A stretch of 64,000 bases of DNA from Candidatus Melainabacteria bacterium (lineage in GTDB: Bacteria; Cyanobacteriota; Vampirovibrionia; LMEP-6097): NCBI GenBank assembly GCA_005110385.1, contig DUDT01000013.1:22136-86135 (forward strand), read 5' to 3'. The position numbers and the translations under genes were made by a program. This document shows, piece by piece, positions 60,613 through 64,000 of this stretch. The notes under the pieces are model-generated. The model had not been told where the DNA came from. It was given only the letters and a program-made list of their open reading frames with translations, and did no database searches. The stretch's first letter is position 1; every line of letters begins with the position of its first letter.

Positions 60613-62379
60613 TTATGCAAAAATTTTCCGTAAACGATCTAAGTTTTCTTTAGGTAAATGATTTTCATATTCTTTACGCAAAGCCTTAAATTCATCAATA
60701 AATACTTTAATATATTTACCAGCTCTAGGATTAAGTATATAAGCTTTCCAACTAGGAATTTCATAAGAATAGTCACCATACTGTGACCAAGCTGCACAAG
60801 CTACAAAATCAACATTTGGGATATCTGGACTTTTATGCATTTTCCAATATTTATAAAATCCACTGATAAATTCATTAATTTCCTTAGAACTTTCTTGAAA
60901 CTCTGCATCAAATTTTTCTTTTTCAATTAAGATCTCTGCATTAGTAACAAAACTTGGATAAGGTCTAAAAAGACAAGTGAAACCGAGATTTTCATTAACC
61001 ACAGCAACATTTCTCATTTCATGAAACTTATCTTTGATCACCTCAGTAAACTGTAAACCTGCTCCCAATAGGGTTTGATAGCCTTCAATACCAAGACTTT
61101 TCAAGGCAAGAGAAGTCGCAAAAACACCTGAAGCACTTCTAGTACACTCCAAAGAATACTGGACTGGAGATATCTGAAATTCAGCTGGATTAAAATACTT
61201 AAAATCACCAGAGTCCCACATTAATGTATTAAAATCATCCTTATTTTTAACGATAAAGAAACTCGAACTATAAGGTGCAAAACCTGTTTTATGGACATCA
61301 ATCGTAATAGAATCCGCTAGGTAAAAGCTTCTACATACTTCCTGAATACTGAACATCTTTTCTATTACTGATTTACGAAAAAATAACTTATTCTCTTCTA
61401 AATCATAATTATTATAAAAGCTGAACGCCCAGCCTATAGCAGCATCTACATGCAAATGAGGTCTATGCATTTCAGGATATTTAGCAGAGAGCTCATCAAT
61501 AACAGCACTTATCTTATTAATATCATCTAAAGAACAAGCATCTGTAGTACCAATAGTAATTAAAACAGTAGGCACTACAATTCCAGAGCTGAAGCACTCT
61601 TCTAAAGTATCTTTGAAATATTTGACATTAATAACATTCCTCTCATCTGCGGGAATACGCAGAGCGTTACGCCTGCCCACACCAATTGCTGCAAGAGTAG
61701 TGAAATTAGAAAAATGGCCTGTTTGAGAATTTATAAACTTAAACTCTTGCTTAACACCCATTAACCCATCTTCACGAATATTAGGGAAAGCTTTATTTAA
61801 ACCTAAGAGATACCCATACATGTTCCCCTTAGTGCCACCTTCAATAGAAAGACCACCCACCTTACTAATATCTTTATAACCTAAAATTTTAGCTAGTGAC
61901 TTAATTACCCTTACTTCTAGCTCGTTAGCACGTTTACCATACTTACTTGTAACTAAATTTGGGTTAATAACTATAGCACCCATAGCCCCAAGCACTGCTG
62001 GTAATAGAGTTATAGGAATTACATTTCGCCAATCCTTTCCAGATCTACTGTCATAAGAATTATAGTAAGGGAGTATAGATTCAATAGCATCCTTTTCAAT
62101 ACCAAGCTCTTCTTGAACTTGTATACCATAATCAAGAAAATCCATATCTAAGGTCTTATTAGGCTTCCTAGAATACTCTAAAGCTTTATAAAGAAAATCC
62201 TTAATATTAGGGAAAAAGGCCTCAAAATGCTCAGTAGTATCAAGCATCTCACCATTTAAAGCACCGATCTCTATTACTTCAAGCTTTTCAAGATATCGAT
62301 GATCTAAGTCGAGCTCCCTAAGAGCTTTTACATCAAATTCTTGAAAACCTAAATCTTCATTGATCGTGGTTTTATCCAT
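60613..62379 (-). CDS. Group II PLP-dependent decarboxylase, substrate unknown
   Basis: GGTKGN, GTT, HVDAA, DSITIDVHK. Confidence 0.85.
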   Translation of the reverse strand: MDKTTINEDLGFQEFDVKALRELDLDHRYLEKLEVIEIGALNGEMLDTTEHFEAFFPNIKDFLYKALEYSRKPNKTLDMDFLDYGIQVQEELGIEKDAIESILPYYNSYDSRSGKDWRNVIPITLLPAVLGAMGAIVINPNLVTSKYGKRANELEVRVIKSLAKILGYKDISKVGGLSIEGGTKGNMYGYLLGLNKAFPNIREDGLMGVKQEFKFINSQTGHFSNFTTLAAIGVGRRNALRIPADERNVINVKYFKDTLEECFSSGIVVPTVLITIGTTDACSLDDINKISAVIDELSAKYPEMHRPHLHVDAAIGWAFSFYNNYDLEENKLFFRKSVIEKMFSIQEVCRSFYLADSITIDVHKTGFAPYSSSFFIVKNKDDFNTLMWDSGDFKYFNPAEFQISPVQYSLECTRSASGVFATSLALKSLGIEGYQTLLGAGLQFTEVIKDKFHEMRNVAVVNENLGFTCLFRPYPSFVTNAEILIEKEKFDAEFQESSKEINEFISGFYKYWKMHKSPDIPNVDFVACAAWSQYGDYSYEIPSWKAYILNPRAGKYIKVFIDEFKALRKEYENHLPKENLDRLRKIFA

Positions 62380-62381
62380 TT

Positions 62382-63062
62382 TTAGAATATATCGTAAGAA
62401 TCGAAATCCAAGTATTTACCTTCAGAACTAATACTTTTCAAGCTGAACGGCTCTTCTACACCAATAACTACACCGTCTACAAGACCTTTAGTACCGCCAG
62501 TAAATAGACCACTTACAGCCCCACCTATAAAGCCAACTGGTGCACCTATAGCAGTTCCCCAGACACCACCGCCTAAAGCATCATAAAGATCTTTAGAATG
62601 ATCTACAGACTTAGAAGCAGTACCACGAAGAGCTCCTAAAACTAGACCTACGGGTGCCGTAAAGAATGGACCAATAAATTCCTCTAATTCAACATCAGCT
62701 CTTTTTTCATTTTCAGCGATCAAGCCTACTACCTTAGTATTTAAAGAATTAACATCAGACTGGACATTAGTACCCTGCGCTCTAAGTCCTTCAATATTCT
62801 GCTTTAATGCAGCGATCTGCCTTTCTAAATCTTGTCTTAAAGAAGTAGATTCACTAGAAGTAGCTTTTAACCTAGTATCTAAATCATCAATTTGAGCTTG
62901 CAAGTCAGTGATGCTAGTGTCACTAACAGAACTAACGTTACTTAAAGTCGTGTAAGAACGCTGAGCTGGCTTAAGAGCAGGGTAATAAGCATCGGCTAAA
63001 ACTGCTGTAGCATTTACCATAGAAGCTGCAATTAAACTAGAAACTAAAATCTTTCTGATCAT
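62382..63062 (-). CDS. Exported protein with a coiled coil and a glycine-zipper-like C-terminus
   Basis: Signal peptide (VLA-D), heptads, GxxxG-rich hydrophobic tail. Confidence 0.75.
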   Translation of the reverse strand: MIRKILVSSLIAASMVNATAVLADAYYPALKPAQRSYTTLSNVSSVSDTSITDLQAQIDDLDTRLKATSSESTSLRQDLERQIAALKQNIEGLRAQGTNVQSDVNSLNTKVVGLIAENEKRADVELEEFIGPFFTAPVGLVLGALRGTASKSVDHSKDLYDALGGGVWGTAIGAPVGFIGGAVSGLFTGGTKGLVDGVVIGVEEPFSLKSISSEGKYLDFDSYDIF

Positions 63063-63243
63063 AGATATATTTATAACATGGAAAGTAAATGCTGAACCGT
63101 TCTGAAAATTAAAAACCTAATATGACAATATGTATTATAATATTTACTACCAACTAATTTATTAGCCATAAATATCTTAAAAGCATAAAGCCTAATGACT
63201 GCAAGCTTAATCGCAACAACTATAAATAATCCCCAACTTTTAG

Positions 63244-64000
63244 AAAATACTAGCAGCTCTAAGGACTGGCCCTGTTCAAGAAATAGCAGCCCACACATCT
63301 AAACCCCAGCAAGAGAATATCTTAGATCAAACTGAAAAATCTCAAGAATATGTAGATGCTCGCAATCTTGCGATGCCCGCCAAAATAACTAAATACTTGA
63401 GTAAAGTTGCCAATAATCAAGATTCAGATATATTACCAAAAATCAATGCAGCGGTTATTCTTGGATATTTATCAACACCTTTTTTAGAAGGCGTGCCTCA
63501 CATAAATAAAATTATTAATCAAACACCAAGGCTGGGATTAATCTCTAAAGCATTTGAAAAAATAATAAAATCCATTCAAAGAAATGATTCTTTGCGAATT
63601 GCTGCTGCTGTTAAAGACATTTTTAACTCTTTAACTAAACCAGTTGAAGATTTATATCTAAATAGAAATATTGTAGTAGCTGCGACTAATACAGCTGAGG
63701 CGATTGAGGAAATATTACAGTTAAAAGATGCAACTTATGAAAACTTAGCTGATGGTCCTAAACAGGCTCTTCAAATGTTTAAAAAAGTTTTCAATAATCT
63801 TAAAAATATTCAAAAAGAGGATTTAAATATAGAATACCTTAGAAAAAGTGGTGTTTTTACAGTCGGTACCGTTTTAGCTGGTGGAATTTCATATATTGGA
63901 ACCTTAATGAAAAATAATCCTCTAGCGATTATTGGAAGATTTTTTCAAAATTATCTCTCTGATTTCGATAAATTTATTAGTAATAACCCTGATAGAAACT
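63244..64000 (+). CDS. Hypothetical protein running off the right edge; start uncertain, possible frameshift from ATG 63195
   Basis: Frame open from 63244 to the end (translated by hand); first in-frame ATG at 63373. Confidence 0.65.

Overview
Low-GC bacterial chromosomal window, mostly housekeeping genes in short, fragmented operons: rplT, rpmI, rplY, rpmE, rplC, rplJ/L, gltX, metG, asd-dapA-rnj, fbaA, sdhA, putA, tldD/E, sbcCD, mqnC/D, waaA-lpxK, an NdhD/NuoM subunit and three tRNAs. dapA-rnj adjacency, an A53-U61 tRNA-Glu, futalosine-pathway genes and Kdo/lipid A genes suggest a non-photosynthetic cyanobacterial relative such as Melainabacteria/Vampirovibrionia (inference only). Main finding: a dispersed ~125-bp palindromic element with six copies plus a possible stem-only remnant. 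One copy is inserted in frame in gltX, the two full copies show compensatory base-pair changes, and one conserved core is enclosed by four different self-complementary terminal stems. Also notable: a tandem array at 21.2-24.0 kb in which a duplicated promoter/RBS block precedes unrelated small low-complexity ORFs; a minimal VirB4/T4SS-like cluster with an inverted-topology histidine kinase; an identical 24-mer upstream of both accessory clusters; an RNase J gene that needs a non-canonical start (probably CTG); and many apparently leaderless genes. All calls were made by eye, without database searches.
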